From an uncultured delta proteobacterium (GTDB lineage: Bacteria; Desulfobacterota; WTBG01; CAIYCZ01; CAIRTM01): a stretch of 64,000 nt of DNA. The DNA is taken from contig CAWDSQ010000024.1 in NCBI GenBank assembly GCA_963804955.1, positions 32,001 to 96,000 on the forward strand. The letters are read 5' to 3'. Shown piece after piece: positions 1 to 9,401 of this stretch (positions are counted from its first letter, which is position 1; each line of letters starts with the position of its first letter). The position numbers and the translations under genes are program-made. The notes beneath the pieces are model-generated. The model was not told where the DNA came from, ran no database searches, and worked only from the letters and a program-made list of their open reading frames with translations.

Positions 1-217
1 ACTGGAAAAAAGATGATGCGGTATGTCCGACTGTTCCTGCAGCGTCGGCTTTGAGGTGCCGATATCCATATGGCGGTAAAACTGCATGGAATCGGCATTG
101 ATGATTTCACCGGAAATCGCCCGGGCAAGGGCAAGCCCACACGTCTGTCTTGCCGACGCCCGTTGGACCCTGCACAACAATAATCTTTTGCCTGGCTGTA
201 TCTTTTCCTGTTTTCAA
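1..217 (-). CDS. miaA: tRNA dimethylallyltransferase, N-terminal part (runs off the window edge; frameshift near 140)
   Basis: P-loop [13 protein letters not shown], then in another frame [22 protein letters not shown]...IPHHL, the MiaA signature; start codon uncertain. Confidence 0.9.
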
Positions 218-244
218 GGTGACGAGACTGGCTGTGTGCGTGCC

Positions 245-1018
245 GACTAGCGGGAAACTCATTTCAACGGGCCGGCCGCGATTGCCCGACACGGTGACAT
301 GGTTGTTATTGTAAAAGGCAGTCACTCCGCCGGGATTCCCGATCCGGACTTTAATGTCCGACACAGCATTGACGCTGTAGGTGTCACCTTTTTTGAGGGT
401 CACCTCAAACACATGCTTGCCGTCAACTGTAAAGCGCATCCAGCAGCGTTCCGTCGCAGCAAAACGAATGGTAAACGGACTTGGCGCAGCTGCAGCCGAT
501 GCATTGTCAGACTCTGCCGGCTTCTGCAGAACGGGTTGTGAAGCCGGCGCAATGGGCTGATCCTGCGAAGGGGCCTCCGGCTCGCGGGGCTGAACCATGA
601 TCGGGGCATCAGCTTCATTGTCTGGATTCATGACAGTTTGAAGGGAAGGCCTCCCCATATAGCCAAAAAACAAAGCGCAGACCAGGAGCACCACCGCACC
701 GGCAATAACCGGCACGGCATAGCCGGGAATCAGCAAGGGCCGGGAAGCATGCTTCACTTCCTTTGGAGCACTGCTGTAGGCGCTGCATGCACCTGCGTTT
801 CATACAGCGCCAGGGCTTCATCAGGACTGATATCAAGCTCACTGGCATAGGCTTTGATAAACCCCCTGACATATGCCTCAGGAGGAAGAAGCTCTGTTTT
901 ATCAGCCTCAAGAGCAGTCCAGCGTAAAGATGCCGATCCTGGTGCTCTCAGCTATATCTTTGAGCGTTTTGTTTTGTTTGAGCCTTTCGGCTTTGAGAAA
1001 TGCACCTGCACTATCCAT
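245..1018 (-). CDS. rodZ: RodZ-like protein (HTH, TM helix, DUF4115-like C-terminal domain), frameshifted
   Basis: Stitched translation MDSAGAFLKAERLKQNKTLKDIAESTRI...LPPEAYVRGFIKAYASELDI, TM helix, then CWMRFTVDGK...VRIGNPGGV. Confidence 0.8.
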
Positions 1019-1241
1019 ACAAGACTTCACCTGTGCGAAAAAGAAACCAGACGAGCACTGTGCATAAGAGCATCCGACTCCTGCGTGTTTTCCGTTTAAA
1101 ATTCCTTCATTTTTTTAAAATATCATGCTGGTACGGGCAATACAAGAAAAAACAAAACCATGACCATACTGATAACCAGGCAACTGAATATAAAAAAGGC
1201 CGCCTGCTTTGAGATTTTCATTAAAATCCGGGCTGTGCTTT

Positions 1242-1279
1242 AAAAAAAAGCTTCCGCACAGACTGCGGAAGCTTTTTTT
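1242..1279. terminator. Intrinsic, possibly bidirectional, terminator
   Basis: A-run + AGCTTCCGCA-caga-cTGCGGAAGCT + T-run, just downstream of the ferredoxin. Confidence 0.8.
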
Positions 1280-1302
1280 AAACAGTTGCTCTGCAAAACA
1301 AG

Positions 1303-1488
1303 CTACTTGTCTTCTTTTTTCTTATTGATTATCGCATGATTCGGGCATACGCGGGCGCAGGCGCCGCACTCCACGCAGGTATCGGTATTGATCCGGTAGT
1401 ACCAGTCAAACTCCTCAACCGATTTGGTCGGACAGATTTCCCAGCAGGTCCCGCAGATCACGCAATCTTCAGTAATAAAATAAGCCAT
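1303..1488 (-). CDS. 2x[4Fe-4S] ferredoxin
   Basis: MAYFITEDCVICGTCWEICP...CVECGACARVCP; RBS AAAGGAGG. Confidence 0.92.
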   Translation of the reverse strand: MAYFITEDCVICGTCWEICPTKSVEEFDWYYRINTDTCVECGACARVCPNHAIINKKKEDK

Positions 1489-1501
1489 GCTTCCTCCTTT
1501 T

Positions 1502-2197
1502 TCACATCTCGACAACGCCGGATGAGATATTGTCAAAATTTTCAACGATCAGCGGCACGAGGTCATAATGGATGAAGCAGAACATCTCGCCGGGCTCCAG
1601 CTGCATCATGAACCGCGACGGGGGGTCGCCCATATTGAATGTCATGGTTTTAGTGCGGTACACAAGCGGGAAAGAATTTGTGCACCAGGCTGTTCCCGAA
1701 AGGCCGTGCACCAGCTCGCCGGTCGTCCAGGTATAGACTTTACACAGGCGCATGATGCGGTTGGCATCGGCTGTCACCATGATGACATCAGGGTCCGCCA
1801 CGTCTTCAAACCTGCCGATGACCAGATATTTATGATGCTTATAGACATGGGGTATCTGCTGATTGACCCGCCGCATGACCTGCCGGGTGGCATAGGCCTT
1901 GGTGGGGCCGATCGAGGTCGCCATGCCGACATCGAAATCCTCTTTGGTCATCTTTTTGTTGCCGATGCCGGAATAGACCGCGCCGCCGCACAGAACATTC
2001 TTGTTGATAATATAAAAAGGTTTTTTGCCCTCTTTGCCGTCCCACACCTCGGGGATCATGGCGCATTCAAACGACACATCATCGCCATAGGATTCAGCAT
2101 AATCAGGCGGCGTATCGCACAGCTTATAGGCGATGATATCGCGCGTATACCCCTCATGCTTTTTCAGGTACTCGGCGTATTCCTTATTCTTGCTCAT
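1502..2197 (-). CDS. DUF169-family protein
   Basis: Cys pattern (ECAM, LCGG, AWC) and PDVIMV...MGDPPSR...EMF resembling DUF169; RBS GGAGG. Confidence 0.7.
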   Translation of the reverse strand: MSKNKEYAEYLKKHEGYTRDIIAYKLCDTPPDYAESYGDDVSFECAMIPEVWDGKEGKKPFYIINKNVLCGGAVYSGIGNKKMTKEDFDVGMATSIGPTKAYATRQVMRRVNQQIPHVYKHHKYLVIGRFEDVADPDVIMVTADANRIMRLCKVYTWTTGELVHGLSGTAWCTNSFPLVYRTKTMTFNMGDPPSRFMMQLEPGEMFCFIHYDLVPLIVENFDNISSGVVEM

Positions 2198-2256
2198 ACA
2201 TCCTCCATAGTATCAGGTAATTGGATTTCAACTTTTCACATGGCTTACGACGGTTC

Positions 2257-3232
2257 TTACATCATCGCCAGCATCTCATCCAGATCCATGCCGAGCTTCT
2301 CCATCTGCTCGCGGATGGACTTCATGGAAACCTCTGCATAGCCGTTTTCTTTAGCATACTGCTCGGAATTGCCTACGATCATTTCAAGCATTTCAACCGG
2401 CACTTTTTTTATCATTGCCTGCGCTTCAGCGTCCCAGGGCATTGAAAAGACAGGCTCTTCACCGGCTTCATCCTGTACGGCCGGTTCCTCCGAAAATACC
2501 GATTTATCCTTTTTCTGCCAGAACGGCGAATGCGGCGGCTTGGTCATCTCGCGGCTGGCCTTCACATCGACTTTGACATTGCAAAGAATATTGGGAATCA
2601 TGTGGGCGAATTCCATGGGAATAATAATAAACAGCTGGTCCTGCTTAATCCGGTTATGCATGCGCCCGCCGAAATCGCCTCCCACGACCATGACGTTCTT
2701 GATATACCACGGCACGGCAAAAAGCTCCCCGCACAACGATGTGCCGAATGTGCCGTAGGGCTGCACCCCATCCTGGCACAGGCGGCAGCCGCCAAGTATG
2801 CAGGCATTGTGCGGATTGGTGACGACGACGATCCAGTCGACCTGCACGCCTTCAGGCACGTCGTCAAGAGGTGCTGCGCCTATGGCCTTGACCATGCCCG
2901 GCGGCAGGCAATAGGTGCCTGCCTTCAGCCTGGCAGCACCCTCATCGGTAAAAAAGGCGCTTGTTTTGGACAGATAATCACCGGCTACAATTTCCTTCTT
3001 ACCGGGAACAATGCCGGCATGATGCACGCCGACATAACAGTCATGATGATCGGCGTCGAAATACACCCTTTTTGCCTTCATCCATCGCATAACGCATAAT
3101 GGCGCAGGGAGTATCCTGAAGCGGCTCATATCCTGCCGGAACCTGATCCCGGAACAGGCTGATTGCAACGGGTTTGCCCCGGACTTTTGCTTTTGTGACT
3201 ATCATGTCGCTTAGTGCTTTAAGATCAACCAT
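2257..3232 (-). CDS. DUF169-family protein with C-terminal PCP_red-like domain (frameshift near 3070)
   Basis: N-terminus KPVAISLF..TPCAIMRYA joins HDCYVG...SLCGE...GDFGGR; tail MPWDAEAQAMIKKVP...EQYAKENG. Confidence 0.72.
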
Positions 3233-3597
3233 ACGAGCTCCTTTCGATAACGTTTAATACAGCAGAATCATAATCTTTAGCATATAAATTATTATACTTA
3301 TCTCACATTAAACTGTCGAGCAAAACAGTAATTAAAATAAAAATATTCTAAATTTTTATTTTTCAAAATATATTTAAAATAATGCGGTTTAATAAAAAAA
3401 TGGCTACGAACTATCGCAACCATAGAGCTTATTCACATGGGGGAAAAAGGTCATTTATAGATGGCTTCTTTGCATGCTTGATTGTATCTGGTATGAAAGT
3501 ATTCTCAAGACTCATTCAAAGAGAGCACCTCCTGTAGGGCTTTATTGTCTGATACGGAAATTCATTTTCAGAGATGGAGCCGATGGTGAAAAACTAC

Positions 3598-3767
3598 TTA
3601 TTTTTCAAAGCGATAAACAAAGCGACAACAGCTACAAATGAAAGAATTAGAGGATTTTGCGCGACATTGAGTTCAGCTATTTGTTCCGGATCCAGACATG
3701 ATTTTGCCTGTATCCCCAGATACACTACTATTACTAAATTAATTAACGCCCCTATTGTTGTCAGCAT
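3598..3767 (-). CDS. Small two-TM membrane protein (~56 aa, one-base frameshift)
   Basis: RBS AAAAGGAG + ATG; MLTTIG/ALINLVIVVYLGIQAKSCLDPEQIAELNVAQNPLILSFVAVVALFIALKK. Confidence 0.45.
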
Positions 3768-3967
3768 ATAATTCTCCTTTTTAATAGACAGCCGGCAAAG
3801 TCAGGTTGTATCCGCTGCGGCTCACGAAACAAAACCGCATAAAAACATTCATTAAAACCACAGGTGGCTGTATAAAAAGATTTGTAGTAAAAACAAAAAT
3901 GGCAGCCCGTATTTAAAAGCAATCGTGCTGTTACTGTGCAGCATATTTTTTCAAAACTGCTTATAGA

Positions 3968-4480
3968 CTAATAAATAATGCAGATGATGACACCAAGAAT
4001 GCCGCTGACAATCGCTTCGAGAAAGCCGAGAATATCCAGCGTCAGGATGGAATCAAACACATCGGCAAGCATCGTAAGCACGCTATTGAACAGACACTCA
4101 AGCGTTCCCAATATACCGGTGGCAATAATACGTTCATCGCCATCTATAAGGGACATCTTTCCGTCGCCGGTCAAGGTAACGGTTGCCTGCATGCCGTCGA
4201 TTTCAAGAAGAAACGGCTTTCCGGGCTTTAACCCTGATGAAGGGAAACCGATAGTAACCGCTGAGCCCTTAAGATCAGGGATATAAACACTGCAGATATA
4301 CCCGGTTTGGGAATCAGCAACAATCCTTTCACTAAATACGCCTGCCGCCTTTAATGCGCTCTGGAAAAGGGCCGGTTGTACAACCGGCTCAAATGACCCC
4401 GCCTGAGTCGGAACAGGTCTGCACAGCAGCAGAACACATGCAGAAAAAGCAATACAAAAAATTTTCCCGGTCAATTTCAT
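3968..4480 (-). CDS. Hypothetical exported protein with hydrophobic C-terminal helices
   Basis: Signal peptide, RBS GGAGG, co-oriented with the cytochrome operon. Confidence 0.6.
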   Translation of the reverse strand: MKLTGKIFCIAFSACVLLLCRPVPTQAGSFEPVVQPALFQSALKAAGVFSERIVADSQTGYICSVYIPDLKGSAVTIGFPSSGLKPGKPFLLEIDGMQATVTLTGDGKMSLIDGDERIIATGILGTLECLFNSVLTMLADVFDSILTLDILGFLEAIVSGILGVIICIIY

Positions 4481-4499
4481 ACCTCCGCGCTTGCTGAAA

Positions 4500-5090
4500 T
4501 TATTTAAATTTCTTCGGGTTAATTTCATACGTATGTAAGCCCTGCGGTTTTACAACGACAATGCTGAAGGGCTTCTGCAAAGCAAGCTTATCATATCTGA
4601 AATAAACTCTAATGGTTGCATAATAGGAGGAGAAGCCCTGGCCGGCGCTTTGAGAATGTGGCGATGCCTGAAAGTGATCCGCATGAATCATTTCCGGAAG
4701 AATCTTTTTGCCCTCCTGCATGGCATGTACCGTATAGCTGCGGGCAAATTCAATACTGGATCCGTATACGGTAATGTCGATCTGAAGCGCGGGATCCTGA
4801 AGTATGGCTTCCGGCTCCTCCATGGAAACTTCCCTGCCCTGCTGCGCCTTGATGCCGGCAAGCAGTGCAAGCTTGCACCACTTGGTACGCACAACTACCT
4901 CCGGAGCGGACGGGCCGCAGCCATAGAGGCTCATAACCGTTTTTTCTATATCACGCTGGCTTGCCCTTCCGAATTCAAGTGCTTCCTGTACCTGGCTGCG
5001 GGTAAGATTGTCTGTTATGGCATGCACAACGCTGCACGGACATACACACACGGCGCACACCATGATAATAAAAAAACTGGCTGCCTTCAT
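4500..5090 (-). CDS. Hypothetical exported protein
   Basis: Sec signal peptide (VVHA), RBS GGGAGA, directly downstream of the porin. Confidence 0.65.
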   Translation of the reverse strand: MKAASFFIIMVCAVCVCPCSVVHAITDNLTRSQVQEALEFGRASQRDIEKTVMSLYGCGPSAPEVVVRTKWCKLALLAGIKAQQGREVSMEEPEAILQDPALQIDITVYGSSIEFARSYTVHAMQEGKKILPEMIHADHFQASPHSQSAGQGFSSYYATIRVYFRYDKLALQKPFSIVVVKPQGLHTYEINPKKFK

Positions 5091-5107
5091 TGTTCCTCCC
5101 CTTTCAT

Positions 5108-6940
5108 TTAAAATGACCAGCTTGCACCTACGCTGAGCATGTTGAAGTGGCCGTCAAAATAATTTTGATCATAATCATTATATTCCCGGTACATAAATCT
5201 TGAATGCAGCGTTAAATGTTTATTATAGGCATACACAATGCCGACTGAAGTTTGAACCTGTCCGATGGAAAGATCTGAAAAGTTGCCTATATTGCGCCCA
5301 TTAACATGTTTGTCAAAGTCGGCAGCGCTGCTGATGTAGGCGGCATCCCCGGTAAGATTTATTTGAGCCGTCAGTCGATATGCCGCCGAGAGGCTCCATG
5401 TCTGGCTGCGGCTGTCATAGGGAATATCATCATATTCGAAAAGGCCTTCAGCGCCATTCAGGTGATAGGTCTTGAGTGTCCCGAAGCTGTTTACGTTATT
5501 CTTCGCAATGGTATAGCCCCCGGTCAAAGTCAGGCGCTCGGTGGGCACATACCAGAGGTTGAGGCCATATTCCCACTGACCCTCATCGGAATCATAACGG
5601 CTGTTTTTCAGTTTGGCATAGCGCAGGTTCGTATTGAGCGTTAAATTATACAGCATGCTCCAGGTCATGCTCGCAGTATAGGTGTCCTCTTTTTTTGGCA
5701 GCGAAGTCTGCACAAGGCCCGGTATTGTTTGATCTTTCATAACAAGCGGTTCATGAACGCGTATCTTCTCATATTTCAGGTTATACCGAAGCTTTTTAAA
5801 CAACCGCTGATTCCAGGTGATCCGCCATGTATTTTTACGTGTTGTGTTCGGGTCGGAATTGTCTCTATCGATATCCTGCCACTGATAGGAGCAGGTAAGC
5901 CCCGAATTCCTGATTGGGTGCATATTAAGATCGAACCCGCCCCGCTTTGTATCCAGATCAATGCCTTCATGGCTTTTGTTTTCAAGGCTGTATTTGTTGT
6001 AGTACACATCGCAGGCCAGATATTTTGAAAAATATTTACTCAGGCGCGTTGCGATGCTGTTAAAGGTGGCGTTGGTATGGGTTTCAAGATTTTCACGCTT
6101 ACCATGCTGAACGGTGGCATAAACAGTTGAGTCCCATGGCAGGGCAGACCGGACATTAACCGTGTCAACATTCAGCCTGCTGTCAGGCACGAGGCTGTAG
6201 GGCGCCCGGCCCCTGACCTGAAAAAACGATGCGCCATTGCCGTATTCTGCCATGGGCGCAGCACCGTGTTCGGTAAAGGAGCGCATCAAATGATTATACG
6301 ATATGGTTGCGGGCCCCAGCGACATTTCCATGCCGGGGGCTATATCGTTAATGCTTGAATTGACGCGCTTGTTGCGCGAGGTGACGTGGCACTCGGAGCA
6401 TTTGCCGACTGTTGTGGCCTGCCGGTGCCCGAGCTTTTGATAGGATCGCATATCAAAGTTGAATTTTACAAAAGGCAGCGACGGGAGCAGAAGCGTATTG
6501 TTTGCCTTTAACTCCGATATAATCAGCTTATTGGACTCGCCGGTATCATAATCCCTTGTAAAGTCCTGATTCTTAAGCTGATCATGCTCCAGGTAGTGCT
6601 GAAAACGAATATAGCTGAAATCACTGCGCAGATAGCGGTTAAGGTCAAGGTTGAGATTATACGACTGGTCATTGTCATCAAGCATTCGCCCGGTCATATC
6701 GATATAATTTCTGCCATTGCTGGCTTGCAGGTCAAACAACGATTCGGCGCCTGACTGAAGCACATCATATTCGCCGACTTTACTGCGATTGCCGTCAGTA
6801 TTATAGAAATGATAGCCCCCGGATACGGCAGCGCTTACATTCACATTCTGCAAAGTGCTCTTTGCTTCCTGGGCGGAGGAGCCGCCGGGGCAACACATGA
6901 GTACACCGATGATCAGAATGGCTGAAATGAGGCGATTCAT
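5108..6940 (-). CDS. MtrB/PioB-like outer-membrane beta-barrel with one CxxCH motif
   Basis: Signal peptide, Tyr/Asn-rich alternating strands, C-terminal VGASWSF, start overlaps the decaheme stop; contains CSECH. Confidence 0.85.
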   Translation of the reverse strand: MNRLISAILIIGVLMCCPGGSSAQEAKSTLQNVNVSAAVSGGYHFYNTDGNRSKVGEYDVLQSGAESLFDLQASNGRNYIDMTGRMLDDNDQSYNLNLDLNRYLRSDFSYIRFQHYLEHDQLKNQDFTRDYDTGESNKLIISELKANNTLLLPSLPFVKFNFDMRSYQKLGHRQATTVGKCSECHVTSRNKRVNSSINDIAPGMEMSLGPATISYNHLMRSFTEHGAAPMAEYGNGASFFQVRGRAPYSLVPDSRLNVDTVNVRSALPWDSTVYATVQHGKRENLETHTNATFNSIATRLSKYFSKYLACDVYYNKYSLENKSHEGIDLDTKRGGFDLNMHPIRNSGLTCSYQWQDIDRDNSDPNTTRKNTWRITWNQRLFKKLRYNLKYEKIRVHEPLVMKDQTIPGLVQTSLPKKEDTYTASMTWSMLYNLTLNTNLRYAKLKNSRYDSDEGQWEYGLNLWYVPTERLTLTGGYTIAKNNVNSFGTLKTYHLNGAEGLFEYDDIPYDSRSQTWSLSAAYRLTAQINLTGDAAYISSAADFDKHVNGRNIGNFSDLSIGQVQTSVGIVYAYNKHLTLHSRFMYREYNDYDQNYFDGHFNMLSVGASWSF

Positions 6941-7851
6941 CTCGTGAGACCTCCTCCATTGACCTGAGACGGAAGATCGCTTCCGTGCACTGCCGAATGG
7001 CACTGCACGCATGAAGTCAAAAACGCGCCCGGCGTAGGATAATCGCCGGCTTTGGGGTTTATCTGATGGCCGCGGTGACAGCGCAGGCAGAGAAACGGCT
7101 CGCTTTGACGCAGCAGATTGTTGGCGATTGTTCCGTGCGGCTCATGGCAGAGAGAGCAGTCTTCAACAACCGGCGCATGCTCAAAAACAAAAGGCCCCTG
7201 GTATTCTGCATGGCAGTCAAAGCAGACATCATTGAGACTCTGTTTCTTTAAATTGTTGTTTTCAGATCCGTGGTTGTTATGACAGCTGCCGCACTTCATC
7301 TTGTTTTCGCGCAGCGGATGATGCGATGGCAGCATGAGCTGTGCTTTCTTTTCCTGATGGCAGGTGAAACAGATGTCCGGATCACCGAGATAGACCATCT
7401 TGGGACCTGTAATCTTATGGGATTTATGGCATTCATTGCATCCCACGCCGTTGATCATATGAACATTTGCGCGCCAGTCCATCGTCGGGGACCCCTGATG
7501 GCAGGCCAGACACATCTGAGAGCTCTGTTCGGCAGGCATTTTGGCGAAGCTTATAATATCCTGAGCCTTGCCTTTGGTCTGAAGATGCCTGCTGCCCGGG
7601 CCGTGACAGGTTTCGCATCCCCGCTGCATGCCTTTGAGTTCAGCGGCATTCAAACGGTAATGCATGGTCTTTTTAAACTGCTGATACACGTCGTCATGAC
7701 ACGGGACACACGAGTCTGTACCGACATAAAATGCGCCTTCGATCAGCGGCAGTTCCTGCCTGTTTTCACCGGCTTTAAGAAAACGCTGGCAGCTGAAAGC
7801 GAGGAAAGCGCACAGTATGCTTATGAATAATGCGGCTGCGGATCGGTTCAT
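6937..7851 (-). CDS. mtrA: DmsE/MtrA-family decaheme cytochrome c
   Basis: 10 CxxCH; GPFVFEHAPVVEDC..CHEPHG..PFLCLRCH and CHSAVHGSDLPS signatures. Confidence 0.92.
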   Translation of the reverse strand: MNRSAAALFISILCAFLAFSCQRFLKAGENRQELPLIEGAFYVGTDSCVPCHDDVYQQFKKTMHYRLNAAELKGMQRGCETCHGPGSRHLQTKGKAQDIISFAKMPAEQSSQMCLACHQGSPTMDWRANVHMINGVGCNECHKSHKITGPKMVYLGDPDICFTCHQEKKAQLMLPSHHPLRENKMKCGSCHNNHGSENNNLKKQSLNDVCFDCHAEYQGPFVFEHAPVVEDCSLCHEPHGTIANNLLRQSEPFLCLRCHRGHQINPKAGDYPTPGAFLTSCVQCHSAVHGSDLPSQVNGGGLTR

Positions 7852-7895
7852 AGACGGCTCTTAGTGTCCTTCACTGGGAATATGCATATAAAAAC

Positions 7896-9401
7896 CTATT
7901 TGTACGATTCGACAGGCTCTTTCAGCTGATATCTCTGCGGCCCGGCATGGGGGTCATGACAGGCCGAACACTTCTTCTCGGTAAAAATATTGTGTTTGTT
8001 GAAATCAGGCGCGGCAGCCTTTAAAAGGGCTTTTTGCGCCATGATATGACAGTCGGCGCACAGGCCGGTGGCAACGGAGCTGATACGCGCCTTGTGCCTG
8101 GCGCTGTGGCAAAAGTTGCACTCATTGCCCGGCTCAATGTCGATGCTGCGCTGATATTCCACAAAGGCTTTGTGCAGTGAGAGGGGTTCAGCCAGCTCGA
8201 CAGGTTCAGCGCCTTTCTCTCGCAGCAAAGGATGGCAGGTATGACAGATTCGCTCCTCATTGGATCTGAGCAGCTTCGTGTATTCTGAAGCATGGCTCTC
8301 GTGACAGAAATAGCAGTTTTTCAGCACTGACCGGTCATGAACAACGGCATTGTTGACCAGCTTGGTTTCATGGCAGCCCTGCCTGAAACACAAGCCAAGC
8401 GCCGCGGGCTTTTCCCGCTGCTCTGCAGTGACGTTATGGCAGGCTTTGCATTTATTTTCAGCCCAGGGCTTGTGAGGGCGCAGAACATCAGGTGAGGTCC
8501 TCAGTATATTGCGCACCGGGGGAAGCTTCGCGACAGTAAGGCAGTCCTTAAACTCCCTGTGGCAGGCAATGCACAAGTCTGCGCCGCCGCGCAGGCGGAG
8601 AAGCGACGGCTCGCCGGCGCCCGTGGCGTCAATACCTTTTTTAATGACCCCCTTCGCATGGGGGTTATGGCAGGTAACGCAGTGAATGCCGGTATCGCCA
8701 AGAGGAAGAACAGCTGCAGCATGGCTGTCGCTTTGCAGCGCCTGTTTCATTCCGGCCGGCAGCTCTACAAGGTGGTCCGCCCGGGCTGGATGACGGCTTT
8801 TTTGCTGCTCGTGACATCCTATGCAGAGCCGGTCGCTGTCCTGTTTCAGAGGCGCATCCTTTATTTCGGATGCCGTTTCTATATCCGGCATCACCTGATG
8901 GCATTGCAGGCAGGCTTCCTCCTTGAGAACACCCAGCTGCGAAATCATCAGCTTATGCGGGTTCGGCTGTTCGAAGCGGGACCGCTCATGGCACGTGAAG
9001 CACATCGATTCGCCGGCAGGCTTATGCAGCCGCAGAAATTTGCTGTTAAAAACTCTCCCCAGCACAGTATCATACATTTGCGACTGAATATCATGACAGG
9101 TAAGGCAGGTCAGCCTTCCGCCGCTCAGGGGCCAGCCTGCAGGTATCCGTTCTTTCATCTGTTCTGGCGCAGCAATATTTACCTGATGCACCTCAAAGCG
9201 GGCTTCGGAGCCTGGTCCATGACACCGGTTGCACAGGGCATTGATGTCGCCGCCTGAACGAAGGGCGGGAGGAGCGTTGTTTTCATGGCACTCCCCGCAG
9301 TGCATGCCGGTCCAGTGCGGGTTTACCATGGTTTCGGCCTGAACCGTATAAGCAGGCATCATAACAACCAAAGAAATCAGTAAAAGAAGCACCGGTCTCA
9401 T
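7896..9401 (-). CDS. Periplasmic multiheme cytochrome c (14 CxxCH + 1 CX4CH)
   Basis: Signal peptide; paired CxxCHxxH...LCxxCH motifs counted in the translation. Confidence 0.9.
   Translation of the reverse strand: MRPVLLLLISLVVMMPAYTVQAETMVNPHWTGMHCGECHENNAPPALRSGGDINALCNRCHGPGSEARFEVHQVNIAAPEQMKERIPAGWPLSGGRLTCLTCHDIQSQMYDTVLGRVFNSKFLRLHKPAGESMCFTCHERSRFEQPNPHKLMISQLGVLKEEACLQCHQVMPDIETASEIKDAPLKQDSDRLCIGCHEQQKSRHPARADHLVELPAGMKQALQSDSHAAAVLPLGDTGIHCVTCHNPHAKGVIKKGIDATGAGEPSLLRLRGGADLCIACHREFKDCLTVAKLPPVRNILRTSPDVLRPHKPWAENKCKACHNVTAEQREKPAALGLCFRQGCHETKLVNNAVVHDRSVLKNCYFCHESHASEYTKLLRSNEERICHTCHPLLREKGAEPVELAEPLSLHKAFVEYQRSIDIEPGNECNFCHSARHKARISSVATGLCADCHIMAQKALLKAAAPDFNKHNIFTEKKCSACHDPHAGPQRYQLKEPVESYK

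Noticed and set aside
107..757. Apparent in-frame RodZ-MiaA fusion
   Set aside because: It would join a periplasmic domain to a cytoplasmic enzyme; a TAG lies one frame off at the junction and neighbouring indels are frequent
1123..1221. 32-aa hydrophobic ORF on the minus strand
   Set aside because: No clear RBS and it starts right after a terminator; it cannot be supported
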